Source of the DNA: Anaerolineaceae bacterium
GTDB lineage: Bacteria > Chloroflexota > Anaerolineae > Anaerolineales > Anaerolineaceae
Direction: 5' to 3'
Assembly: GCA_040768445.1 (NCBI GenBank)
Contig: JAXGMV010000001.1
Span: 1,152,749 to 1,216,748, forward strand
Length of the DNA stretch: 64,000 nucleotides
In this document: positions 10,273 to 19,380 of the stretch, piece after piece
Layout of the letters: the number at the start of each line of letters is the position of its first letter
How positions within the stretch are numbered: position 1 is the first letter of the stretch
Notes under the pieces: model-generated
The model's input: the letters and a program-made list of their open reading frames with translations, nothing else
Databases searched by the model: none
What the model was told of the DNA's origin: nothing
Made by a program: the position numbers and the translations under genes

Positions 10273-11151
10273 ATGCGATCCAGAAGAGCGTTGTTGTACA
10301 TGCCCGCGCACGAGATGCGCAAAATTGAAAAAGCTGCCGGATTGGGGGTGGACTGTGTCTGCATGGATTTGGAGGACAGCGTGCCAGCGGGTGAGAAGGA
10401 AGCCGCCCGGCGAACGGCGGCAGAAGCTCTGCGCACGCTTGACTTTGGCGCGTCTGAGCGGCTGGTGCGCATCAACCCGGTCGGCTCACCGTACGCGGAG
10501 GATGATCTGCTGGCAGTGCTGCCTGCTCGACCTGACGGCATCGTGATACCTAAACTGAACATCACTGAGAGCCTGCACTGGGTGAGCAGCAAGGCAGCTG
10601 AATATGAGGCAAAACACGGTTGGGTTTTGGGCGGCATCCGGCTGATTGTGATCATCGAATCAGCCCGGGCAATACTCAACCTGCCTGCCATATGTGCGGC
10701 TGACAGCCGGCTGGAAGCGCTGATCTTCGGCGCAGAAGATCTGGCAGCGGATATTGGTGCCACACGCACGGCGGCTGGAACCGAGATCCTGTATGCCCGC
10801 AGTACCATTGTTTTGCATGCGGCTGCCTTCAACCTGCAGGCGCTGGATATGGTGCATGTCAACTTCAGAGACCCAGAAGCCACTTACCGCGAGGCACTCG
10901 CCGGTGCTGAAATGGGTTTCACCGGCAAGCAGGTCATTCACCCGGCACAGGTGGCGCCGGTGCAGCGCGCTTTTACCCCTGATGATGAGACCATCCGCAA
11001 GGCACAGGCGCTGCTGGCAGAATATGAGCAGCATGCCGGGCAGGGACGCGGCGCGTTTGCTACTTCAACCGGCGACATGGTGGATGCGCCGGTGATCAAG
11101 ATGGCGCAAAATGTGCTGGCTCGTGCCCGTGCGGCGGGAAAAATCCACTGA
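10273..11151 (+). CDS. HpcH/HpaI aldolase - citrate lyase beta (CitE)-like CoA-ester lyase
   Basis: RRALLYMPA..., D.V..DLEDSV, E...FGAEDLAADIG and GKQVIHPAQV blocks of the CitE family. ATG 10273 is preceded by CAGGAGGAA. Confidence 0.8.
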   Translation: MRSRRALLYMPAHEMRKIEKAAGLGVDCVCMDLEDSVPAGEKEAARRTAAEALRTLDFGASERLVRINPVGSPYAEDDLLAVLPARPDGIVIPKLNITESLHWVSSKAAEYEAKHGWVLGGIRLIVIIESARAILNLPAICAADSRLEALIFGAEDLAADIGATRTAAGTEILYARSTIVLHAAAFNLQALDMVHVNFRDPEATYREALAGAEMGFTGKQVIHPAQVAPVQRAFTPDDETIRKAQALLAEYEQHAGQGRGAFATSTGDMVDAPVIKMAQNVLARARAAGKIH

Positions 11152-11184
11152 GCCTCGTCAAATTACCTGACTTATAAGCCGCGC

Positions 11185-12345
11185 GTGAAAATGAGCCTGA
11201 AACGCGCTATAATGACCGGCATGGAGCGTTCAACCCATGCCCCCATTTGGATCAGCACCCCGCAGGAGCTGTCAGACCTGGCAGCCGAACTGATGCGGCA
11301 CCGATTGATCGGGGTGGATACCGAATCTAACAGCCTGTTCGCCTACCGCGAGCAGGTTTGTTTGTTGCAGTTTTCTACAATGGAACACGATTACCTGGTG
11401 GACACGCTGGCGCTGGATGACCTATCACCGCTCATGCGGGTATTTGCCCATCGTTCGATTGAAAAGATTTTTCATGCCGCTGAATACGATATCATCTGCC
11501 TGAAACGTGATTACGGTTTTACCTTTAACAACTTGTTTGACACCATGCAGGCTGCACGCATACTGGGCTGGGAAGCCCTGGGGTTGGGCGCCATACTGGA
11601 GAATCTGTACGGCGTGCAGGTGGATAAGCGCTTCCAGCGCGCCAATTGGGCCAGGCGGCCGCTCTCAGATGAACAGGTCTATTACGCCAGCCAGGATACC
11701 CATTACCTGATCAGACTGCGCGAGCACCTGGGCAATGAACTGCTGCGCAGCCGGCGCATGACCCTGGCGCAGGAAGATTTTAAACGGCTGACAAAGGTGG
11801 AAGGCGGCAACGGTGAGAAGAACGGCAGCTGCTGGAAGGCGGTCGGTAAGAACGATCTGACCCCGCGCCAGATGGCGGTGTTTCAGGCGTTGTGGCTGCT
11901 GCGTGAGACGTTGGCAGAAAAGATGGACAGGCCACCTTTCAAGGTGCTCACCAACCAGGCGCTGGTTGACCTGGCAAAAGCCAGCCCGACCAGCCTTTCT
12001 GAACTGGAGACCATCCCTGGCGTGGGGCATAACAACGTCCGCCGTTTTGGCAGTGATTTACTGAAAGCTGTACAGCACGGATTGACTGCAGAACCACCAG
12101 TGCGCAGCCCGAGCCGCCGGCCGGATGATGCCTACATGAACCGGCTGGAACGTTTGAAACAGTGGCGCAAAGCCACCGCGCGCGCCATGGGGGTGGAATC
12201 GGACGTGGTGCTGCCGCGCGACCTGATGGAACATGCGGCCAACGATCACCCCCATACACTGGAAGAACTGCAGCATATCATGCAGGACACACCCTGGCGC
12301 TTCAGGCATTTTGGCAGCCAGCTCGTGCAGGTTATAAATACATAA
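11185..12345 (+). CDS. rnd: Ribonuclease D (DEDD 3'-5' exonuclease plus HRDC domain)
   Basis: IGVDTESNSLFAYREQVCLLQFST (ExoI), KIFHAAEYDI (ExoII), YASQDTHYL (ExoIII), C-terminal HRDC-like region. Exact start uncertain (GTG 11185 or a downstream ATG). Confidence 0.8.
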   Translation: MKMSLKRAIMTGMERSTHAPIWISTPQELSDLAAELMRHRLIGVDTESNSLFAYREQVCLLQFSTMEHDYLVDTLALDDLSPLMRVFAHRSIEKIFHAAEYDIICLKRDYGFTFNNLFDTMQAARILGWEALGLGAILENLYGVQVDKRFQRANWARRPLSDEQVYYASQDTHYLIRLREHLGNELLRSRRMTLAQEDFKRLTKVEGGNGEKNGSCWKAVGKNDLTPRQMAVFQALWLLRETLAEKMDRPPFKVLTNQALVDLAKASPTSLSELETIPGVGHNNVRRFGSDLLKAVQHGLTAEPPVRSPSRRPDDAYMNRLERLKQWRKATARAMGVESDVVLPRDLMEHAANDHPHTLEELQHIMQDTPWRFRHFGSQLVQVINT

Positions 12346-12373
12346 TAAAAGAAAGAGGGAGGACTTTACCCAC

Positions 12374-13771
12374 ATGAATATTCATTTTAACGGCGGTGCC
12401 GGCACAGTGACCGGCTCGCAATTCCTGATTGAAGTTAATAACAAGCGCCTGCTGTTGGACTGCGGACTGTACCAGGGCAAGCGCGATGAAAGCCTGCTGC
12501 GTAACCGCGGCTTTGCCTTTAACCCGGCCAAGCTGGATGCGGTCATTCTCTCGCATGCACACATTGACCACAGCGGCAACCTGCCCAACCTGGTGAAGCA
12601 GGGCTACAACGGCCCGATCTATGCTACTGAAGGTACAGTTGGATTGGCTGACCTGATGCTGCGCGACTCGGCGCATATCCAGGAATCGGATGCGGAGTAT
12701 ATGAACCGCAAGCGCGCCAAGCGCCGCCAACCGCTGATTGAGCCAATATACACGGTTGAAGATGCCGAGCAGGTCATTCAACTCTTCCAGGGGCTCAGGT
12801 ACAACGAAATCTTTTCTCCGGTTGAAGGCGTGACTGCCCACCTGGTGGACGCCGGGCATATCCTTGGTTCAAGCAGTGTGGTGCTGGATATTGAGGAAGA
12901 TCACCGCAAGTTCAGGCTGTGGTTCTCGGGCGATATTGGACGCTACAAGCTGCCGCTGATGCGCGACCCGGTGCTGCCTTCGGAAGCTGACTACCTGATG
13001 ATGGAGTGTACCTATGGTGACAAGGTTCACCCTGACCCGGAAGAATCTTACCGGCAGTTGAGGGACGTTGTCAGCCGCACCATTAAGCGGCGCGGCAAGC
13101 TGATTATTCCGGCGTTTGCCGTGGGGCGTACCCAGGAGCTGGTATACAACCTCAACCGCATGATCGTTGAGAAGGAAATCCCTGCCATACCGGTGTTCGT
13201 GGACAGCCCACTGGCGGTCAACACCACCGATGTTTTTCGGCAGTTCAAGCATTATTTTGACGCAGAGACGCAGGAGTTTGTTGCCAGCGGCAAGCACCGC
13301 GCCCTGATGTTCGACGGGCTGACCTACACCCGCTCGGTGCAGGAATCTATTGACCTGAATGATAATCATGAACCGATGGTGATCATCTCGGCTTCCGGCA
13401 TGGCGGAAGCTGGACGCATCCTGCATCATCTGAAACACAATATCGAAAGCGAACAGAACACCATCGCCATTGTCTCCTGGCAGGCGCCAAACACGCTTGG
13501 CCGCCGGCTGGTGGAGGGCGAGCGGGACATTAAGATCTTTGGTCAACGCTATTACCGACGGGCTGAAGTGGTGAGCATACAGGGCTTCTCAGCCCATGCC
13601 GGGCAGAACATGCTGTTGGAATATGCCGCCGCCAGCCAGGACAGCCTTGAGAAGGTGATATTGGTGCACGGTGAGGAACGCGGCGCCCTGCCCCTGAAGC
13701 AGTTGATTTTGGAGAAGACCAAAATTAAGTCAGTAGAGTACCCGGAGCAGTTCCAAATTCTCGAAATCTGA
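12374..13771 (+). CDS. MBL-fold beta-CASP family RNA-metabolising hydrolase
   Basis: ILSHAHIDHSGNLP (HxHxDH), beta-CASP insert, C-terminal SAHAG motif. Confidence 0.8.
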   Translation: MNIHFNGGAGTVTGSQFLIEVNNKRLLLDCGLYQGKRDESLLRNRGFAFNPAKLDAVILSHAHIDHSGNLPNLVKQGYNGPIYATEGTVGLADLMLRDSAHIQESDAEYMNRKRAKRRQPLIEPIYTVEDAEQVIQLFQGLRYNEIFSPVEGVTAHLVDAGHILGSSSVVLDIEEDHRKFRLWFSGDIGRYKLPLMRDPVLPSEADYLMMECTYGDKVHPDPEESYRQLRDVVSRTIKRRGKLIIPAFAVGRTQELVYNLNRMIVEKEIPAIPVFVDSPLAVNTTDVFRQFKHYFDAETQEFVASGKHRALMFDGLTYTRSVQESIDLNDNHEPMVIISASGMAEAGRILHHLKHNIESEQNTIAIVSWQAPNTLGRRLVEGERDIKIFGQRYYRRAEVVSIQGFSAHAGQNMLLEYAAASQDSLEKVILVHGEERGALPLKQLILEKTKIKSVEYPEQFQILEI

Positions 13772-13788
13772 GGTGTATCTGCTATAAT
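13761..13788 (+). promoter_or_regulatory. Candidate extended -10 promoter for tRNA-Ser
   Basis: TGCTATAAT at 13780-13788, weak -35 (TCGAAA). It lies about 15 nt upstream of the mature tRNA 5' end. Confidence 0.35.
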
Positions 13789-13803
13789 TAGCGGGTTGAA
13801 GAT

Positions 13804-13890
13804 GGAGAGGTGCCAGAGCGGCCGATCGGGGCGGTCTCGAAAACCGTTGTGGTCTTCGGATCACCGTGGGTTCGAATCCCACCCTCTCCG
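13804..13890 (+). tRNA. tRNA-Ser (anticodon CGA), CCA not encoded
   Basis: GGAGAGG/CCTCTCC acceptor stem, GTGGG-TTCGAAT-CCCAC T-arm, anticodon loop CTCGAAA flanked by GCGGT/ACCGT, long variable arm (TGTGGTCTTCGGATCACCG), discriminator G followed by CTC. Confidence 0.9.
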
Positions 13891-13904
13891 CTCACTACGT
13901 TCGC

Positions 13905-13940
13905 GGAGAGGGTGCAAAGAACGCGACCCTCTCCTTTGTG
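13905..13940 (+). terminator. Hairpin terminator after tRNA-Ser
   Basis: GGAGAGGGT (13905-13913), 12-nt loop, ACCCTCTCC (13926-13934), then TTTGTG. The T-tract is weak. Confidence 0.45.
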
Positions 13941-14158
13941 TTAATTACTCCTGTTGCGAGGGTGCTGTGCACAATACACCGACTGACTACTGATATTATC
14001 GTCTGCCGTTTTCATCTCTGTCCCACCAATTCTTACAAAGCGTTTCATCATACCCAATGGATTAATATATTATTAGGACAATAACTCTCTGTCTCAACTT
14101 TCGTATCGTAAGCCCTCCGGAACAACAACTACAGCTAGTTCAACAAGGAGAATAAATC

Positions 14159-14596
14159 ATGAAATGGATTACCCGTTCCCATGTCCATGTGGACCGCATT
14201 GCCTGCCCATGGCTGATCACACGCTTCATCGATAGTGAAGCTGAGTTTCTGTTTGTTCCAAAAAGTGAGATTGAGCGCGTAGTGGCAGAGACAGGCGCTA
14301 TCCCCTTTGACGCACCCGGCGTTGAGCTGGGTCATCATGAAGGGCGCTGCTCGTTTGAATCGATCATCTTGAAATATGAGTTGAAAGAGCCCGGTCTGCT
14401 GCGCCTGGCGAAGATCGTTCACAGCGCAGATATGGCAGAGGATATCGATTTGGACCCAATTGCGCGCGGGTTGGAGGCTATCGCCACGGGTTACAGCCTG
14501 CGTTTCCCGGAGGATAGCGAAAACCTTGCGCGGCAATTCGAAGTTTACGACGCGTTGTATGCCTGGTGCCGGCTGGATGTTGCCAAAGGCGGATAA
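14159..14596 (+). CDS. ChrB C-terminal (Chrome_Resist) domain protein
   Basis: MKWITRSHVHVDRIACPWLITRFIDSEAEFLFVP matches the conserved start of the chromate-resistance ChrB C-terminal domain. AAGGAGA RBS. No chrA nearby. Confidence 0.7.
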   Translation: MKWITRSHVHVDRIACPWLITRFIDSEAEFLFVPKSEIERVVAETGAIPFDAPGVELGHHEGRCSFESIILKYELKEPGLLRLAKIVHSADMAEDIDLDPIARGLEAIATGYSLRFPEDSENLARQFEVYDALYAWCRLDVAKGG

Positions 14597-14631
14597 CGGC
14601 TGGGAGATGCCCATTCAGCCTGTCAGCTTTT

Positions 14632-14934
14632 TCAAGCTTGTGTATCCTTGAATGACAGACCTGCTTCCAAGAGAGCTTGTCTCAACGTGGGGATCGAGCC
14701 AGGACCCATGCCGTGCAGCTTTAGTATTTCACGCTCCGAGTGCTTCGCCAATTCTGACAGGGTTGTGATGCCATTAACCACCAGGGCGTTCCTTGCAGGA
14801 GTGCCTAATTTTGAGAGAAAGCCAGTTTCAGGCTTCTTTTCTGCTTCGCAAGTAGGGCAGGTTGGACAATCCGAACTCTTATAAAACTTATGGCCTTTGG
14901 GGCAAATCCTAAGCATCTTTTTTTCTGATGCCAT
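14632..14934 (-). CDS. Small zinc-ribbon protein with RpoA-CTD-like helix-hairpin-helix domain
   Basis: CPKGH..x8..CPTCPTC zinc ribbon, then ARNALVVNGITTLSELAKHSEREILKLHGMGP resembling the RNA polymerase alpha CTD/HhH fold. Confidence 0.55.
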   Translation of the reverse strand: MASEKKMLRICPKGHKFYKSSDCPTCPTCEAEKKPETGFLSKLGTPARNALVVNGITTLSELAKHSEREILKLHGMGPGSIPTLRQALLEAGLSFKDTQA

Positions 14935-15350
14935 CTTAGTTTCTCCTTCTCAGACCTAGTGCATACATTTTACTGGCGTTTCTTGTATAACCATCTGTTG
15001 GGTGCGCATATCATATCGCAGGTAGCATGTACAGAATGTGTGTTCTCCTGTGAGGACGGATCTATGCAAACATGGCTAAGGGTTTTTGTCTGCAATACAA
15101 GTGATGATCCATCTCATTCATCTGTGCCCATCTTCGACTGCATTCGCCATCGTGAACAGCCGCTTCATAAATGGGAACTCCCAGACAAACCTGAAAAATC
15201 CTCGCGCAAAATTGTTCCCAATCTTCTCCCTGGTGCTATACTCTTATTTAAGCTATTAAAAACTCCCATTATCCGATAATAATTTTATCCACAAGGGTTC
15301 CTGTTAGTGTTAACTAAATGTAGTTGAGGTTCAGTTGTGGGAGGTAAAAA

Positions 15351-18300
15351 ATGCCAGGGTACTGCCGTCGTTGTGGAGCACCATTATCGAGCAAAGCCCG
15401 GTTTTGTAAGAAATGCGGTTACCAGGTGACAGCGTCTGTTTCTGCGCCGCCGGTTAAACCGCAAGGCACACCAAGCCCCCGTGTAAATCAGCCAAAGCCA
15501 CCAATCTCAACCCAAAATACACCAATGAACTCGCGCTCACCGGCCGGGAAACCAGCCGGGTTCCCGATTATCCCCGTCCTGATTGGCGGGGGTCTGTTGA
15601 GTTTGGTTTGTATCGGGGTGATTGCTGCAGTCATCATTTTTCGCAATGGCAAACCCGACACAGTCATTACCGGTCAAACTGATGTTGTGGTGACAGAGGC
15701 AGCCCCGCTGGATGCCAGCCTGGAGGAAGAGCCAGGTTACCAGCCCAAGCAGCCGGCACCAGGAGAGACCACCAGGGAAGCTGTTGACGGGGTGATTACA
15801 GCCGATTCATCAGGTGTGCAGTTGACTGATGGCACCCGGCTGGAGGTTAACAACCGCACAACGCCGTTGAACATCACACTGGCACGCGAGAGCAACACGA
15901 TCAGCCTGCCTGATAAGCCGGACTTGCAGCCAAGCGGCAGCATGCGGGTTGTGACATTCGATCATGCCTCTGTGGATGAGAGCTTTGTTGTAAATCTGAC
16001 CATCCCGGCGGCTGAGTTGGGCGAACTCGACCTGGATACTGTGAATGCTGTCAGGGTGGGCAAATATGTCGTCAACGGGCAGGCGCAGCCCGATGATGTT
16101 GCTGTACTTTCGGTAACACGAGACAGCGCGGGCAACCTGGAGATCAGCGATGGCTTGATCCCAAGGATTGAGGACATGTCTGCGCTCGCAAGTGAACCGT
16201 CAGCACCGCATCTTGCCAACCTGGCAGCTCAGCGAGGCAGCAGCTCGGCGCAGTACGTGTTAATGACTTTCCAGGATCATCTGGAGTGGAGCTATGCACC
16301 GCGCCTGATCAGGATGGTTCCGGATGCTGCCAACGAATTTCGTCATCCGGCAGACCTGAAAAAAGACAAGGACTACCTTCAAAAGCCCGTTTGCAATGTC
16401 ATAGTGCTGGTGCATGGCCACAATGAAGAAGAAAATGACGGTTCACGTTTGGCTGCTAGCGATATCCAACCGTGGGGTGTCAGCTATAAGCGGGATGTGT
16501 GGACAGCCTATTACCGTAACTTCCTTGAAAAGCGTTCTGAACAGGCCGGCTGCACGGCTTATTATGAGTTTGTGTACCCGACCTATTTCCCGGCATACAC
16601 GCCGTTAGCAAGCGGTGTTGTTGAACCGCTGGGTACAACCCTTGCCAAGCTTATGAAGGTGGGCGCACGAAATGACGGCTACCTGCTCAAGCGCATGATG
16701 GCGGAAAAAATTGATTTCAACCTGTACTTCGTGGCGCATTCGATGGGCGGGCTGGTTGTCAGGGAGGCTGTTCGCGACTTTGACCAAACCCTGTCGGACT
16801 CTTTTCAACAGCTGGTAACCTGGGGAACACCGCATCACGGCAGCCCGCTGGTGACGATGGGATACCTGTTCCGTAAGGGTTACCGCATCAATATGGGTCA
16901 TATCAACCGTGCAAATTTTTTTGCAGGAGTTCCTCTCGAAGGAGAAATTCAGCTGCTGATGGGCAGCGCACTCACGCGCTGGATTCTCAATACAAAAGCA
17001 CAAATTGATTCACCCGGGACACGCGACCTGCGCTGGGACAATTACCGCCCATTACGGCTGGACGATATATTCAGCGATGATACCAAGGTGTTGATTATCA
17101 ATGAACCGGATCTTAATGTCTATAACCTGCAGGATGGTACGTGGCTGTATAACCGTAACCTCCTTATTTTTAATGACACTGACCCTTACAAGCTCCAGGA
17201 TAAGTTCTCTTTTGTATATGGTGTTACCTTGAAAAAACTGCCTGATCAAGCAGCAGAGACTGCCATCGGGGCTACGTTGATTCCAATGTTAGTCAAAGAT
17301 GGCACCGCACCGGTGCCTGAAGTGAATAACCAGCATCTCATGGGAGCCAGTGACGGCGCTGTGCCGCTGATCAGCATGATTGGTGCCGGGTTGAGCAATT
17401 TCAGGTTCGATTACCTGGGGAACGTTGACCATGAGGAATACTTCCTTGGCGGCATGGATATCACAAGCAGTGTATTCACGCGCACCAATTACCGCCTTGA
17501 CCTGGATAACAAACGTACCACCTGCCCTGAGCTGACATTACAAAGCCCAACGGATGTACGCGGCATTGCGGTGGATGCCAGCCTGGACATCAGTGCAGAA
17601 TTCAAATTGGACCCCGCGCTTGATGACCAGCCGGGTAAGCGCATCAAGTCAGCCGAAGCGTTGTTTTACCTGAACGGCTCAAAGGATGAGCAGTACCTGG
17701 GCGACCTTGCTGTATCTGATGATGGGAAACTGGAAGGCGCTTACCCGATGCCCGACCTAGGGACAGGCAATCACCAGCTGATCGTGCGGGCTCACCTGCG
17801 GGATGGCTCGATCATTGAGTCGTCGCCCACCTCACGGGCGATCTACACCTATGCAATTATCTCCATTTCGTCTGAGGATTGGGAATGCTCAATTGCGGGC
17901 ATGGACAAAATAAAACACATGCCCTTTTATTATGCTCAAGGTTTAATTGAGGAATTTTCTGGAGATGGCTACTTCAAAGTAAAAGCTCGTTCGTTATATA
18001 AATACTACCAATATATGGGCACCTTTGATGTGGAGATAGATTCAATTTATGGCAGGGTTGCTCCCGATGGGCAATCAGTTTCGGTTGAATATGAAATGGC
18101 AAAAGACCAAAACATGGAATGTTCTTTGTCAAGGACAAGACTCAAAGGTTCGATGATTAATATTCCCTTTGTGGGCCATTATGAGGATGAGGCTGCAGTT
18201 TACGACGTTTTTTCGATTCAAGGGACGACCAGCGAGGTGATGCCTTACCTGGGTTATTTAAGTGAGGAGACTTACGAAAATGATGATGGGGATTGCGAGC

Positions 18301-18395
18301 CATATACCGTAACACTGGATAGCCTGAGTTGTAAAGAGCCCTGGATAATCCAGGTGGAACTGTACAGCAAGTTTCCTGAAGAGTGGATTAAATAA
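15351..18395 (+). CDS. 1014-aa membrane-anchored protein: N-terminal zinc ribbon, one TM helix, extracytoplasmic alpha/beta-hydrolase (PGAP1/lipase-like) domain, unknown C-terminal domains
   Basis: CRRCGAPL..x8..CKKCG. TM IIPVLIGGGLLSLVCIGVIAAVIIF. VIVLVHGHNEEE, nucleophile elbow FVAHSMGGLV (GxSxG) and LVTWGTPHHGSPL as in PGAP1-like/DUF676 lipases. GGGAGG RBS. Confidence 0.75.
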   Translation: MPGYCRRCGAPLSSKARFCKKCGYQVTASVSAPPVKPQGTPSPRVNQPKPPISTQNTPMNSRSPAGKPAGFPIIPVLIGGGLLSLVCIGVIAAVIIFRNGKPDTVITGQTDVVVTEAAPLDASLEEEPGYQPKQPAPGETTREAVDGVITADSSGVQLTDGTRLEVNNRTTPLNITLARESNTISLPDKPDLQPSGSMRVVTFDHASVDESFVVNLTIPAAELGELDLDTVNAVRVGKYVVNGQAQPDDVAVLSVTRDSAGNLEISDGLIPRIEDMSALASEPSAPHLANLAAQRGSSSAQYVLMTFQDHLEWSYAPRLIRMVPDAANEFRHPADLKKDKDYLQKPVCNVIVLVHGHNEEENDGSRLAASDIQPWGVSYKRDVWTAYYRNFLEKRSEQAGCTAYYEFVYPTYFPAYTPLASGVVEPLGTTLAKLMKVGARNDGYLLKRMMAEKIDFNLYFVAHSMGGLVVREAVRDFDQTLSDSFQQLVTWGTPHHGSPLVTMGYLFRKGYRINMGHINRANFFAGVPLEGEIQLLMGSALTRWILNTKAQIDSPGTRDLRWDNYRPLRLDDIFSDDTKVLIINEPDLNVYNLQDGTWLYNRNLLIFNDTDPYKLQDKFSFVYGVTLKKLPDQAAETAIGATLIPMLVKDGTAPVPEVNNQHLMGASDGAVPLISMIGAGLSNFRFDYLGNVDHEEYFLGGMDITSSVFTRTNYRLDLDNKRTTCPELTLQSPTDVRGIAVDASLDISAEFKLDPALDDQPGKRIKSAEALFYLNGSKDEQYLGDLAVSDDGKLEGAYPMPDLGTGNHQLIVRAHLRDGSIIESSPTSRAIYTYAIISISSEDWECSIAGMDKIKHMPFYYAQGLIEEFSGDGYFKVKARSLYKYYQYMGTFDVEIDSIYGRVAPDGQSVSVEYEMAKDQNMECSLSRTRLKGSMINIPFVGHYEDEAAVYDVFSIQGTTSEVMPYLGYLSEETYENDDGDCEPYTVTLDSLSCKEPWIIQVELYSKFPEEWIK

Positions 18396-18441
18396 TGAAT
18401 TCAAATTTGAATTAAACGAGATGTTGAGTTAGGAGGAGGAC

Positions 18442-19182
18442 ATGCCAAACCCTGAAAGAAAGTACGCACTCATATCGCTAGTCGTCGCAGCTGCTGCCGG
18501 CATCCTGGTCTTCATGCCTGGCTGGCTGGGAGTTGACGGGATGGACGGCGGTTATGCCATCTCTTTTGTCGCTGCCTGGATTGCCATCAGCGGGTTGGTC
18601 ATTGCCTGGTTCTTCTGGCGACGTGCTGCCCGGCTGGATGAACTGCTTAAAGGACAGGATCTGATTGCACACTGGACATACACCCCGGCTGAATGGCAGG
18701 CCTATGCCGGCACTGAACTGCGGCAGCAAACCAGGGAAAATACCGGGCTGCTGATCCTTATGGCAGTGATGTGCCTGGTGATGGGTGTCTTCTTCTGGGC
18801 GCTGGATCCTGAAGCCGGTTTCTTTGTCTTTCTGGCGATGGTTGCACTGATCATCATCCTGGCGCTGGCGGCGTTTGGCATACCACACCTGACGCGTTTG
18901 CGCCGTGAACACGCACCGGGCGAAGCCTGGATCTCTGACAGGGCGGTGTATTTTGACGGCGTTTACTATCCTTTCAAATCCGGGCTGATGAGGCTGACGG
19001 GGGTTGAACTGGCTCAGGATGAAGACAGTACCATATCATGTCTGCACTTTCACATTTATCATATTGCTTATGCCGGCATTCAGAGCCGTACACTGCGTGT
19101 GCCAGTGCCTATTGGATACAAAGAAGAGGCACAGACACTGCTTGAGCACTTTACTTCAACCAGTAAAAAAAAGCAGCAATAA
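18442..19182 (+). CDS. Four-TM membrane protein of unknown function
   Basis: Two TM pairs separated by short soluble regions. AGGAGGAGGA RBS 46 nt after the stop of the 1014-aa gene, so probably co-transcribed. No family recognised. Confidence 0.6.
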   Translation: MPNPERKYALISLVVAAAAGILVFMPGWLGVDGMDGGYAISFVAAWIAISGLVIAWFFWRRAARLDELLKGQDLIAHWTYTPAEWQAYAGTELRQQTRENTGLLILMAVMCLVMGVFFWALDPEAGFFVFLAMVALIIILALAAFGIPHLTRLRREHAPGEAWISDRAVYFDGVYYPFKSGLMRLTGVELAQDEDSTISCLHFHIYHIAYAGIQSRTLRVPVPIGYKEEAQTLLEHFTSTSKKKQQ

Positions 19183-19380
19183 CATGGAATTTATAAACAA
19201 CCCGATTTCCAAATTATGAAAGATACCTTGTATAGAGGCATATAATAAATGATGTAACCCCGGTAAAAATCACCAGCATTGATAGCATTCAGAAGAACAT
19301 GGTTTTTAACTGTGGCTAGTATCTTGACTGTGGAAATAAGTCAACCTGGTGAGCCTGTGATAAATGGGAGGGATGAATCC

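Noticed and set aside
14959-15279. 106-aa ORF in the AT-rich spacer upstream of the 1014-aa gene.
   Set aside because: No RBS, non-ATG start, odd composition and no motifs. It more likely lies in a promoter or leader region (there is a TGCTATACT extended -10-like element near 15230-15240).
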